From NCBI RefSeq assembly GCF_006345805.1, contig NC_043001.1, positions 48,794,001 to 48,858,000 on the forward strand: a stretch of 64,000 nt of DNA, read 5' to 3'. Below are positions 25,172 through 37,826 of the stretch, piece by piece. The notes under the pieces were generated by a model. That model saw only the letters and a list, made by a program, of their open reading frames with translations. It was not told the origin of the DNA and ran no database searches. Both the position numbers and the translations under genes were made by a program. This DNA comes from Octopus sinensis (lineage: Eukaryota). Within the stretch, counting starts at the first letter, position 1; every line of letters starts with the position of its first letter.

Positions 25172-27906
25172 TAGATATATAGAGAGAGAGAGAGCGAGAG
25201 AGAGAGAGCTATGTTTTCTATTCTATCTGTATTTCTCTACATAATTATTTATTTTTCTTTTGTTTTCTTTCTCTTTTTTATATTTCTTTTCTTTCTTTTC
25301 TGTCATTAAATAAATTTATCATTTATTTATTTTTTGTTTATCATTCTTTATGTGGGAAGTAGACGCATATTTATTTTCAGTGGAAAACACACACATACAT
25401 GCACACACACACACACACACAAATAAAATATTATTCACTATCACTGATGGTGTGAAAAAATAATTTAAAAATCATAAAAAAGAATTAAAGAGCAAGTAAA
25501 CGAAACGACATTATATATACGTGTGTGTGTGTGTATGTGTGTGTGTGTGCGTGTGTGTGTGTGTCTTACAAAATATACTTAATACATATTAAATAGTATA
25601 TATACTCACTATTTCCACCCCTGCGTACCTCTGACCTCAATATTTTTCACTGTGCTTCCCTCTCTAACTCCACACACACAACACATTTCTCATCTTTCTA
25701 TAGTTTTATTATACTGTTGCTACTTGCCCTCACCTTTTTGAACTGTCTCTTATTACCTCCACCTGAACAAGTCCTATTTTTTTCACCTCCTCCCCAAGTA
25801 ATATTTACTATCGACTACACTTCCATCCATGTTCATCATTCACTTCAGTTGCCCTCTTTCCTCATCTCTAATCATTTGTCACTCTCCTTTCACACTCTCA
25901 TGAACTTACCTGCTCATCCTCCCGACCCTCTGTCCCTATTCTTTCTTATATTCACCTTCTTGTATCTTGAGGGTACGCCCTAACACCTCATCACCATCAT
26001 CTCTCTTTCCAGCTGGAGTAGCTGTGTATCTTCTTTACAGTAAGACATATGATCTTGTCATTCTGTTACATCTAAGCTTCTCAACAACTGGTACAAAGTC
26101 ACTTCTGTCAAGACTTCACATCTACTCAGTCGAAGGGTCTGTCTTGTGAGTTATTTGATGACCCTACTAGTGCCGGTGTCACAAAAATATCCCCAGTATA
26201 CTTTGTAAAGTAGTTGGCATTAGGAAGGGTATCCAGTGATAGCAATCATGCCAAAGCAGACAGTGGAGCTTGCCATAGTACTCTGGTTCACCAGATCACA
26301 TCGAATAGTCCAACCTATGCCAACATAGAACACAGGTGTTAAATGATGAGGAGGAGAATTAGAACACAGCAAAATACCTGAAACACGTCTAATATAAAGA
26401 AATCTACTTATTAAGCCTTGTATATGGATGTTGAGATGATGTGAAAACACCTTATTATTTTTTAAGTAAGCAGAAAAGTAATTGGGTTTCTTCTTACAGG
26501 TTTGCTTTGGGATAATCGTCCCTCACCGAACAATATATATGTACTGTCCTTAGGTGTTCATAAAACTTTTTATCTAAATCGCTATATATAGAATCTTGTC
26601 AAGATATAACATCAACAGTTATCCTGATTTATATATAATACATTAGTTGCCATTAAGTAAATTAAATAATATTTTTAATGATATAATTATTTGGTGATAT
26701 GATTAAATAAAATACTATCCACATATAATAAATAGCTATTGATATACATTTTCTATAATGCACAGGAGAGTGTCGAAGTAGGAGGTTGTGAAACAACAAA
26801 TAGAGGATAAGTGTGTTACAATAGGAGAAGTAAAATGAAATTGAGTGAAAGAATGACATCTGTTAGTCAGTGTAAGGGTATATAAATGTACACACACTCA
26901 CAAGTACATGCATTTATAGGTAAATGTAGTATTTGTTGTTATAAATCAATTTATAAAAAAAATCATTAATGATGGTTAGACTCAATACAGTTAGTAGAAT
27001 CAGATTATTAATCATGTTAGAGCTGACCAAATAGAGAATATGTACATTCCAAAGCAGTTATAAATGTATGTTGTTTTTACCACAAATTACTTCTTAGTCT
27101 TGTAGAGGCTCGTCAAAATGTACCCAGTACATGCAGTAAAACAACTGGCTTTTAAATGGTGACAAAGTAAGGTAGAGAGAACTCTTCCATTGTTACACGC
27201 TCATGGTAATCTTTCAAGACCATCTCCACTGTAGCTACCTTCAGAATCTTTGAGACGTATAGGCATGGACTGGACAGTGGAGAAAGCATAACATATTCAG
27301 ACTATCATACTGTCCCCTCCCCCACTCCCATACAAGTCAGCACTGCACACCGGAGAAATGTGTAATATGATCCTCAAATGTGTAATATGATCCTCAGCTA
27401 GATTGTGACATGGTACAACGACAATAATAGATCTGTAGGTTGAACCTCATCATTCAGCTGACAGCTTACACACTATATGTAGAGTGGCATGACCATGACT
27501 GGCCTGGGGCTGGTCACCACCACCACCACCACCACTACTTATCGCCACCACCACCACCATCGTTTTGGTCATTACATCAACATCACCACTTTGAGAGGGA
27601 TGCAAGAACTCGTTATAATAAATTTTGGCAGTGCCCCAGCATGGCCAGTATCGACTGTCTGGAGTCACTGAAAGAATAAGCTACAACACTGCCCTCTACA
27701 CCAAATTCACTGACCTATTGCTTCAATATATTTTAACAGCGTTTATCAATCAATACTATTGATCTAGAATCTGTATATATATATGTATATATATATATAT
27801 ATATATATGCAGAGAGAGAGAGAGAGATGCTCCCCCCACACACACACTCACATACTCACAAACACATACAGAGCCATACAAACATATATATATTTTATAT
27901 ATTTGA

Positions 27907-27944
<38 letters not shown>

Positions 27945-28450
27945 CATATATGAATATACAGCATATATATATGTATGTCTTTGTGTATGAGTCAGTGTGT
28001 GGGGGGGAGAGGATGCGTGTGTGTGTGTATGTGTGTGTGTCAATGAGCATGTCTGAAGGGAGAGTGTTTTAACATGACACAAAGAACTATAATAACTGTT
28101 CATACTACAATAACAACAGCAACAACTACTACTACTACTACTAATACTAATACTACTACTACTACTACTACCACTACTAAGATATTTGCCTCTTCTCAAT
28201 TTCTGTTATTTTGTTTTCCTTTTTATCAACAAGTCTATCATCATCATCATCATCATCACATCGTTTTATTCTCCTGGATGTTACAAAACCTTTTCAGAAA
28301 TATAGAAAAGAATAGAAAAGAAGAATGCAACAGCACAGCAAAGAGAAAGAGAAAAAAAAAGAGGAAGAAAGTAAGAAAAAGTATAAAACAGCTTTAACAA
28401 AAAAGAAACACAGAAAAGAAAGACAGAAATACAAAAACAGAAAGACATAT

Positions 28451-28526
<76 letters not shown>

Positions 28527-28687
28527 CAATCTGTTACTGTGAGAGTCGCTTGTAGACGTTTCCATTCAATATACTCATCCAGTATTGTTCTTCATTCAGT
28601 TGTATGTATACGTATGCACACACACATACACACACACACACACACAAATACACACAATATACATACACACACACACATACATATATA

Positions 28688-29959
28688 TTGGGTCATCCTA
28701 TAAATAATACAGGCTTTTTGTACTTTTATTTTTCAAAATTAAGATAAATAAAGTTATTTTTTAATCTAAAATATACTCCCCTTCATTTTCTACAATGCTC
28801 TTCCATCTATCTTGTAGACTTGCAAGGCCCCTCTTCCAAAATTCACTTGTCATTGACGAAAAATACTCCTCCAGTACTGTTCTGACCTTGTCTACAGAAT
28901 TCATATTTTTTCTGGCCAAATGATTTCGAAGACTGGGTTTAAATGATAATCTGATGGGGCAATGCCTGGCAAATATGGTAGGTGGGGCATCGTTTCCCAT
29001 TCAGACTGCTCCAGCCTTTGGAATGTCATCCTCGCTGTATGTGACCAAGCATTATCCTGATGGAAGAATACCTTTCATCTTGAAAGCAAAGATGGCTGTT
29101 TTCCTTCTAGCACTGACTTAAGCCACTCAAAGCTGCTTGCTGTAGATCTCCTTTGTTATCATTTGGTTTGGGTTTAAAAGTTCAAATTGGACTAAACCTT
29201 TCATATCCCACCAAACAGATAACAACACCTTACGTGAATGAAGACCTTTAGCGTGGCGTGCCGTTGTTTCTCCTTTCCCTACCCACTATCTTCGGCGCTT
29301 AAAATTTTTATGGAGAACCCATTTCTTGTCACCAGTCATTATTCGGTCAAAGAAAGGTTCATTCATGGTGAGATGTGACAGCAAAGAAGAGCACACATTC
29401 ACTCTCTGCACGTGATTAGTCTCGGAAAGTTTGTGAGGAACCCATTGACCCAATTTGCTGACTTCCGATGGCACGCAGGTGTTGATAAATCATTGAATGA
29501 CCAAATCCAAGCTTCTCTGCTAGTTCCTCAAGTTACAATAGGATTTTGTTCCACCAGGGTTTGCAGGATGTTCTTGTCGAGCTCTACAGATCTTCCAGGA
29601 TGAGGCTCATCTTCTAGGCTGTAGTTTCCGGCTCGGAATTTCTGGAACCACCTTTGATACTGGTTTACACTTATTGTCCGATCCCCATATACTGCATTAA
29701 TATTCCTTGCACTTTCTGTTGTGTTGCTGCCTTTATTGAAATCATAAAGCAAAATATGCCAAATATACTCCTTTGTCACTTCTTTGAAAAAATAACTGTT
29801 AAAATCAAATTGCACTCTTCAAAACTTGCACTAAGAATAAGGACAATGTAAAATTACTACCTGCTTTTATAGCAAGTTGATGCAGGTAGTTTATCCCGTC
29901 CCCCTCCAACTTTTAATTCGTGCAATTGAAAAAACCGCTTTATTTATGGGATGACCCAA
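28688..29959 (-). mobile_element. Full-length (1272 bp) degenerate mariner (DD34D) transposon
   Basis: 20-bp TIRs TTGGGTCATCC(T/C)ATAAATAA with TA TSDs; HTH (RWFQKFRAG..LED), WVPHKL, IMTGDKKW, FHQDNA, PSDYHL; frameshifted. Confidence 0.95.
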
Positions 29960-30060
29960 TACATATATATACACACACACACACATGTATATAGATTACA
30001 TATATGCATACATACATCTACATACATATATACATACACACACACACACACATATATATA

Positions 30061-30309
30061 GCATTGCTATTATGTTAAACTGTAGTATGTCCAAATTTGG
30101 TCAAATGCGTTTCTTTCAATATTTATTTTTGCTTGCAATAGCCGGTTCTTTTGCTCAAACTATCCTATCTCCAGCTGCTTCTGATGACAAGATATCAAAA
30201 TTTATCAAAGTGTAGTAAACCGGTTTTGCTATGGAATGGTGAAACTAATTTTTCGTTTTCTGAAAAAGCAATGTTTTGGACTTACAACACTTTTGCATAA
30301 TAGCAACGA
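30061..30309. mobile_element. ~245-bp MITE, copy 1
   Basis: Imperfect TIRs CATTGCTATTATG / CATAATAGCAACG in a TA context; second copy at 31923-32166. Confidence 0.75.
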
Positions 30310-30331
30310 CACATATATATATATATATATA

Positions 30332-30712
30332 CTAGCAGTATCACCCGGTGTTGCTCGGGTTTGTAAGGGAAATAACTATAAAGCATTTTTAGAGAGTTAT
30401 AGCCAAAAAATAGCAAAAAAATGGAAAAAAAATTATGGTAAATTTTTTTTTGAGAGTTAAAAGGTCGAGTTGCGTCCCCTAGACAGTCTGTGGTTTGTGT
30501 TTCTGATTCTCGACCCCATGTCGAATTTATCGATTTTTTTCAGAACTGGGGAACTTTTCAAAATTTTCGCTGCGTTAGTTTTGAATTATGACATTGGGCT
30601 ATGTGTGTATCAAGTTTCATCAGAATCGGTTGAAAGCCGTGGTCAGGGTGAGGGTACAACCTAACAGACACACAGAAACACACACAGACAAACTGCCGTT
30701 TATATATAGAGA
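30332..30712 (-). mobile_element. Non-autonomous Helitron
   Basis: Minus strand A|TC(TCTATATATAAA)...ACCCGAGCAACACCGGGT hairpin...CTAG|T canonical ends. Confidence 0.85.
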
Positions 30713-30724
30713 TATATATATATA

Positions 30725-31620
30725 TAAGACAATGCATAAATAATGGTCATTAAATATTTTTTCTTTATTGTTATAAATTTGACTTACAGATGTTTCCATT
30801 AGTCATTATAGGTTCATTATTGATAGGTTTACTCAATCAACTGACTGATCGGTTGAGAAAAATTGTGGAACCTAGAAAGTTAATGCTACTTTTCTTGAGA
30901 GTCATTTCTGGTTTTGAGCAGGGGGGGGGGGCATTGAGTGAATTGTACAGGCATAGGGAGGGGAGTGAAGAGAAGCAATAAGAAGAAGTATAAAGTAAGT
31001 TGCCTCCCTTCGCCCCCGTCTCCATGCCTGTGTCCTTCTTTTAGTGTTCTGCGAGAAATGACTCTGACAACAGTAACATTAACTTTCTAGTAAAGATTGT
31101 TTGCCAACATAACATGGCAGACCTGGTTTAGGACTAATGTTGCTGTAATTTAGCCCCGGGAGACATTGTCTCCAGCTGGCTATACAACATGATCTGTGTC
31201 CTTATATTTTTCGAACAAGGGAATATAGCATCTCCACTCAGCTCAAAACAATATCTGAGTTTTGCCGTAAACGAATGTTCGAAAATATAAAGACACAGAT
31301 CGTGTCATATAGCCAGCTGGAGATGATGTCTCCTGGGGCTAAATTACAGCAACATTATTCTTAAATCAGGACTGCCATGTTATGTTGGCAAACAATCTTT
31401 ACTTCTAAGTACTGTTACTGAATATCTCATGTTGTGAGATTTGAAAATGGTAATTTTCTAATTAACTTTCTAGGTTGTTCAATTTGTTTGCAATCGATCA
31501 GTCAGCTGATTGAGTAAACTTATCAATAATGAACCTATAATGATTAATGGAAACATCTGTAAGTCAAATTTATTACAGTAAATGAAAATATGTAATTACC
31601 ATTATTTATGCCTTGTCTTG
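30725..31620. mobile_element. ~896-bp foldback element with long nested inverted repeats, TA-flanked
   Basis: Outer arms about 30725-30886 / 31459-31620 (e.g. perfect 27-mer 30775-30801 / 31545-31571); inner arms 31071-31217 / 31276-31420; side hairpin 30872-30910 / 31054-31090. Confidence 0.9.
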
Positions 31621-31818
31621 TATATGCTCTGTGTAAAAACCAGTATAACTGAAACACAGTGAAGGATTTACTATATACAAGTGTGATGAACTATAACCTC
31701 AGACCCAGTCACAAGAATCCGCAGAGTTCTTCACTAATCTAAACAATATCATTAGCCTGGTGTACTAACAGACAGCTTAGAAAGTATTTTGCCCAGATTG
31801 ATAATTCCTCACTAATAA

Positions 31819-31854
<36 letters not shown>

Positions 31855-31922
31855 CATACATACATACATACATACATACATACATACATACATACATACA
31901 TACATAAATCATTTATTATTTA

Positions 31923-32166
31923 CATCGCTATTATGTTAAATTCTCGTATGTCCAAATTTGGCCAAATACGTCTTTCAATATTTATTTTTGCTTGCAATAG
32001 CCAGTTCTTTTGGTCAAACTATCGTATCTCCAGCTGCTTCAGATAACAAGATATCAAAAATTGTCAGTGTAGTACAATGGTTTTGCTATGGAATGGTGAA
32101 ACTATTTTTTCGTTTTCTGAAAAAGCAACGTTTTGGACTTCTTACACTTTTACATAATAGCAACGA
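31923..32166. mobile_element. ~245-bp MITE, copy 2
   Basis: Aligns along its length with 30061-30309. Confidence 0.75.
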
Positions 32167-32210
32167 GATATATATGTACATATATATGTATATATATCTA
32201 TATCTATATC

Positions 32211-32249
<39 letters not shown>

Positions 32250-32428
32250 TTACATAGATACATACATACATACATATATACATATCTGTGTGTATTTATG
32301 TATATATGTACATATGTATAAACCCAGAAAACAAACAGAACACAAGGGTAAGATATTCTTTCTGTGATAAGCCTTCGACCGTTTTACTCTGCATCGTACC
32401 ACCTAATGTATGTGCATATGTGAGCACA

Positions 32429-32471
<43 letters not shown>

Positions 32472-32534
32472 ATATGTGAGTGTGTGTGTACGTGTGTGTG
32501 TGTGTGTGTGTGTAAGCGCTTGAAACAACATCAC

Positions 32535-32627
32535 CATTTCTTAATGAATATTTATAAAATTTCCCAAGGAGATCCAGATGTAGCCAAGAATAATTCATGA
32601 ATGGAAAATATCCTGGTCCAAGGTCTC
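32535..32627 (-). CDS. Candidate internal exon (93 nt, phase 1-1) of unidentified host gene
   Basis: Acceptor CCCTATTTTGCTCTCAG, donor G|GTGATG; open frame (G)DLGPGYFPFMNYSWLHLDLLGKFYKYSLRN in unique sequence. Confidence 0.5.
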
Positions 32628-32822
32628 CTGAGAGCAAAATAGGGATGATTCAAGAAAGGAGATGTAGAGAGAATGAGAGTTTCAATAGAGTAGTAGTTGA
32701 GTAAGAGTGTTAGTGTGAATTACAGAAACATTGTCAGTTTGTCACGTTAGACTCTGTTCTTCTCATCCTCGCTGTCTTTAATCTCTCTTCTTACACATGC
32801 ACAGTTTCTCACTCATCTGATA

Positions 32823-32864
<42 letters not shown>

Positions 32865-33515
32865 AATAACAATAATCCTTAGATGGAATTTATAAATATT
32901 TTATTGCCTTGCTGTGCGCATTTCCACAAATCACATGTCTCTTAAGATCACAGTCCGTATTCCTGGGATGATTACAGTATAGTCCTTTGTATGTGGGCAT
33001 CAGGTAGATCATCTTCCTGGATTCATTTCTTCAGGCAATATAGCATTAGTGGATGTTTAACTGAGAGTTGTTTATCCCTTTTGACCAGTGAGAAGGTTGT
33101 TTGAGGTATGTGGGTGTTTCTATGTGTATTTGGTGGGGAGGAGGGGAAGGTGATGAAAAGAGAGGAAGGAATGGTAGTTATATGGGGATGGAGGTGTGTG
33201 TGGTAATGGACTAATTTTGCTATTCAGTCTGCAGATGTCAAGGATGGGTACTATATTTCTTCATTCGATCTCATTTAAGGCATGGCTATCTTCAATGAAG
33301 TCTGAAGCAAACAGGTCAATAGGTACAGACACTACTGCCATCAGCTGCAAAAAACTAGTTCACATCAGCATCCTTAGACTGTGGCCGACATAATGGAACA
33401 GGGGCTTTATTTGCATATTCAAAACATTTCCCGTAAACAAATTAAAAAATTATATATAAGCAATTATAAATCTCCGGGTGAGATATAAACAGTAGCAGCA
33501 TGACATCGTGAAGTA

Positions 33516-33554
<39 letters not shown>

Positions 33555-33557
<3 letters not shown>

Positions 33558-34337
33558 TCCATGGCTCGGCTTCACGAACGAAGATCAGGAAGGCTGTCCA
33601 CGTCGCGTGCATGCACGCTCATGACTGACAAGTCCAATATGGAAAAGCAAGGTCTGTGAGCAGTGTCCACAAACGAAGGTAACATCCGGTGTGGTGTCAG
33701 AGGCGGCTTGCGCCTTCCTCCTGTGTCTCTTGTCTTTAAGTGCGTCTCTTCTTTGTTCCTCAAACTTGCTGACTTCGTTGAAGATCGTGTGGCGCCAGAC
33801 ATCACGGTCCACAGCCAGGTCTGACCAGCATTGGTGGTTAATTTGACATGCTGTTAGAGACTTCTTGAGGCAGTTTTTGTAGCACTTCCTTGGAGCTCCT
33901 CTCACTCAGTGGCAATCTTTGGAAGGCGATGGTTCTCCATTCTGGAGTCATGCCCTGCCCATCTGAGGTGGTACTTCAGTAGCGTGGCTTCAATGCTGGG
34001 GATCTCAGCCCGCTCCAAGACTTCAATGTTTGTGATGAAGTCACTCCAGTGAATGTTGAGGATGGTGCGGAGACATCACTGGTGGAAGCGCTCGAGGAGA
34101 CAGACGTGACTGCGGTAAGTGATTCAGGTTTCTGAGCCGTAGAGAAGAGTGGTGAGAACCACGGCCCTGTAGACACTGATCTTTGTTTTGTTCCTCAGGC
34201 CACCATTGTGCCAAACACGTTTGTACAATCTGCCAAAGGAGCTATTTGCCTTAGAAAGTCTATTGTTAATTTCCTTGTCAATCCTTGCATCAGATGAGAT
34301 GATGCAGCCCAGGTATGTAAACTACTGTATTGATTTC

Positions 34338-34338
<1 letters not shown>
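33555..34338 (-). mobile_element. RTE-BovB-like LINE, 5'-truncated 3' end
   Basis: TYLGCIIS..EINNRLSKANSSFGRL..YRAVVLTTLLYGSET..LRWAGH..RGAPRKCYK..CGHC..GLVSHERAC; ~50% GC; flanked by (TA)n at both ends. Confidence 0.9.
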
Positions 34339-34374
<36 letters not shown>

Positions 34375-34377
<3 letters not shown>

Positions 34378-34601
34378 GATTGGCCAAAAGTCACCTGACT
34401 AAATCAAAACCATTTAATTCCAAGATTTATTAGGTTTAAGAACTGAATGAATTTAATAAAACCATCTAAATATGAAACATCATGAAAATATTTCAAACCG
34501 AAGTTCTTGAGTGACACATTTTTCCATTTGAGTTAATATGGAATTACAGATAGTATTTATGGAATTTTGATTTGCTTTCTAGTGACTTTTGGCCAACCCT
34601 A
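34375..34601. mobile_element. Tc1/mariner-type MITE (227 bp)
   Basis: TIRs CAGGATTGGCCAAAAGTCAC / GTGACTTTTGGCCAACCCTA, TA-flanked. Confidence 0.85.
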
Positions 34602-34627
34602 TATATGTATGTATATATATACACACA

Positions 34628-34960
34628 CACGAGGGGTGTATGAAAAGTCTTGAGCCTCAAAAAAACAAAACATGGTACAAAACTTCTGATGATTTATTTT
34701 TCAACATAGTCCCCATTGATGGCTGAACACTTTCTCCAGTGGTGCTGAGTTGCCATTATCCCAGTGTAGAAGAACTCATCTATGATGTCATTGTCACTGG
34801 CAAAATGACTACCAGCCAGGGCTTCTTTCATTTTGGGGAATAGATGAAAGTCAGAGGGGGGCTAAGTCTGGCGAATAAGGCAGATGGAGAACAAGTTCAT
34901 ATACACAATCACAAATTATTGCCATGACAACCACTGAGGTGTGGGCTGGAGTATTATCGT
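34628..34960 (-). mobile_element. mariner transposase C-terminal fragment
   Basis: DNTPAHT..HLPYSPDLAPSDFHLFPKMKEAL. Confidence 0.85.
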
Positions 34961-35162
34961 ATATATATAGGTACAACACTGATCGATTTTTCTGGACACT
35001 AATGGTCCGAACTCTCTATACGAGCAAGAAACTTCAAATTCTCATGGCTGCAGACTATCTTACCAGTATTTTGCACAAGCTAGTACTTTGCACTATACAG
35101 TATTAATAAACTTTTATCATTTATACTAATGTGCAAGAGCCTGTATTTGATTCAATTATTTA

Positions 35163-35586
35163 ACTCTTTACTCTTTACACTTTTACTCTTTTACTTGTTT
35201 CAGTCATTTGACTGCGGCCATGCTGGAGCATCACCTTTAATCGAGACCCCAGGACTTATTCTTTTTGTAAGCCCTGTACTTATTCTATCAGTCTCTTTTT
35301 GCCGAACCGCTAAGTAACGGGGACATAAACACACCAGCATCGGTTGTCAAGCAATGCTAGGGGGACAAACACAGACACACAAACACACACGCACACATAT
35401 ATACATATATATATACATATATACGACGGGCTTCTTTCAGTTTCCGTCTACCAAATCCACTCACAAGGCTTTGGTCGGCCCGAGGCTATAGTAGAAGACA
35501 CTTGCCCAAGGTGCCACGCAGTGGGACTGAACCCAGAACCATGTGGTTGGTAAACAAGCTACTTACCACACAGCCACTCCTGCGCC
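35163..35586 (-). mobile_element. tRNA-derived CORE-type SINE family B, full length
   Basis: Head GGAGTGGCTGTGTGGTAAG..GGGTTCAGTCCC, CORE-like ACCTTGGGCAAGTGTCTT, internal (TA)/(TG)n, (AAGAGTA)n tail. Other copies at 41401-41834 (+), 40640-40860 (+, 3' half), 52392-52510 (+), 62840-63235 (-). Confidence 0.85.
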
Positions 35587-35782
35587 TTTTTAAGTCAAAT
35601 TTAAGTCAATTTTATATTTGTTTAATTTAGAACGTGTTGACCAAAGTGACTGCCCATGAATTGGAAAAACTGAAGAGTTTTGGAACTGAAGATTCCAGAA
35701 AATCGAAGTTTTGCCCGCAAATATGGAGAACTGGGGAGAGAGGAGTATGTATTTGGAACCCTGTTGTTATTAAAATTCATAC

Positions 35783-35872
35783 CTTTGAAAAGTTGGTTTA
35801 CTATTTTAAATACCATATAAAATAGAAATGATATATCCTGTAATTGTCTTTCTGTTAGAAAGACAGAATGGA
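35783..35872 (-). CDS. Candidate internal exon (90 nt, phase 1-1) of unidentified host gene
   Basis: Acceptor TGTCTCCTGTTCTATTTAG, donor AAAG|GTATGA; open frame (V)HSVFLTERQLQDISFLFYMVFKIVNQLFK. Confidence 0.5.
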
Positions 35873-36525
35873 CTAAATAGAACAGGAGACAACATGCGAT
35901 GGAGAGAGGTTGAAGAGGTCACAGGATGTGTGAGGAAAGATTTCAGGCAAAGGACACTAAAATAAGTAATGAAAAAAACTGAAGTGAAGAATAAGTATAT
36001 AATGCATGTGGCTAATTCGCAAATAAAAAAGAAAATGACCATTCTTGAATATAATAATAACTGTTTCAATGCACACGCACATACACACACACATACACAT
36101 TAGTTGAGGTACTCAGACAAAGCCGGGTACCACTGCTAGTCTGCATGTGCGCATGTGTGTGATTTAGAGTATGTACCATGTAATGCTTTTCCTTTTCAAC
36201 AATTGACATAAAATATGCCTTGAGATCCTCCTATTACTACAGGATTATCTGTACACATTTTTTTTTCTTCTGACCAATCAACGACTTCAGAGAATGGACT
36301 AAACAGAACAAGAGGTGACACATGGGATAAAGAGTCACTAAAGAGGTCACAGGATGTGTGACGAAAGAGCTTTGACAAAAAAACAAAAATAATTATTATA
36401 AAGCTAAACTAAAGACCAAATAATAGAGTGTATTTAATTGGCAAAATATGACCATTCCCAAGTATAACAATATCTGTTTCAACACATGATTTCACATCAA
36501 GAATTTTGCAAAACAAATACATAAA

Positions 36526-36563
<38 letters not shown>

Positions 36564-36649
36564 TATTATTATTATTGTTTTTGTTGTTGTTGTTGTTGTT
36601 ATTATTATTATTATTATTATTATCATTATCATCATCATCATCATCATCA

Positions 36650-36683
<34 letters not shown>

Positions 36684-37629
36684 ATATAAATCAATTGAGC
36701 TGGCTTTCTCAATCTTTACTATTTTCATCATTAATATTCCACTCATTACAAGGGCTTGTTAATAAGATTGGTTTACAATTGAGGAACGCTGAAATTGCAA
36801 TTACTATAACTAGAATTTTTTTTTATCTAATTAAAATACAGAATTCACTGAACACTAATAGGTACAGCATTTAAAAAAAAAACTTCAAATAACTCCCGCT
36901 TAACCTAAAAAACCCCTTTTCACCCTTTTTCTCTTCACTGCCGCAAATTCAAGATAACAACTTCAGTCTCATGTAAAATATTTAAAAAAAGAAACTGAAA
37001 AAATATATATTTAAAAAACTTTTCATATTTGTGTGCTTTAACTTTTTGCTTTAACTTAATAAAAATATGAATTCTGCCATCAATATTAATTGGAAAATCA
37101 AACATTAATTTGGTAAAAATATATAATGGTAAAAGTCTGTAAATTACCAATCTAACCGTACCTCACCCTAACCTAACATAATGATAGTTAATGGAAGGTT
37201 AGGTTAGATTAGGCTAGGTTAGTTTATCAAATAAAATATATAAGATATTCATATTGTGAATACATTTCTCTATATTAACAGCAGTGGTATTAATGGTTTC
37301 AAACAGTGGTGGTCCATCATATCTTTCTCGGTGTTCAAGGCCTGAAATTTGTGGGGAGGGGGTAGTCTATTACATCGATCCCAGTACTCAGCTGGTATTT
37401 ATTTTATTGATCCAGAAAGAATGAAAGGTAAAGTCAATTTTGATGGAATTTGAACTCATAACATAAAGATTGACCAAATGCTGCTAAGCATTTTGTTTGG
37501 TATACTAACGGTTCTACCAGGTCACCACTATAAGCGGTGCTAATAATAGCATATGTCTGAATGTATCTTATACCAAATGCACGATCATGGAACATCCAAA
37601 AGAACAAAAACAAACCTAATGACAACTAC

Positions 37630-37826
37630 CTTTTGTGGAAAATTCTACATGATAGTGTTCACTGTGTTCTGTTAAAGTTTGCACATCTGCACATGTAAAA
37701 TTTTTAGGAAGACTGGTAGTTGCCCATGTATGCAAGTCTCTCCTTCCCACGCTACCGATGTTTATCCATGGGAAAGGCACTGATTTGTGTTGATACGGTT
37801 TAGCATCAGCATTGTTGCAAGCATTG
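37630..37826 (-). CDS. Candidate internal exon (197 nt, phase 2-1) of unidentified host gene
   Basis: Acceptor TTATTTGCAATCTGATAG, donor AAAG|GTAGTT; only one open frame: NACNNADAKPYQHKSVPFPWINIGSVGRRDLHTWATTSLPKNFTCADVQTLTEHSEHYHVEFSTK. Confidence 0.5.

Noticed and set aside
27190-27330. Possible Tc1 transposase fragment (GGDSMIV*..AFS) on the minus strand
   Set aside because: Too short and degenerate to call with confidence.
27357-27396. Perfect 20-bp tandem duplication AATGTGTAATATGATCCTCA x2
   Set aside because: Ordinary slippage-type micro-duplication; only two units with no spacer, so not CRISPR-like.
35631-35744. Plus-strand 114-nt AG..GT segment with open frame NVLTKVTAHELEK...
   Set aside because: No phase-compatible neighbouring plus-strand exon was found, and it conflicts with the better supported minus-strand set.
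37168-37222. Inverted CCTAA/TTAGG pentamer runs
   Set aside because: Only 10-bp arms and a few degenerate units; not the TTAGGG telomere repeat expected for molluscs; common inside TEs.
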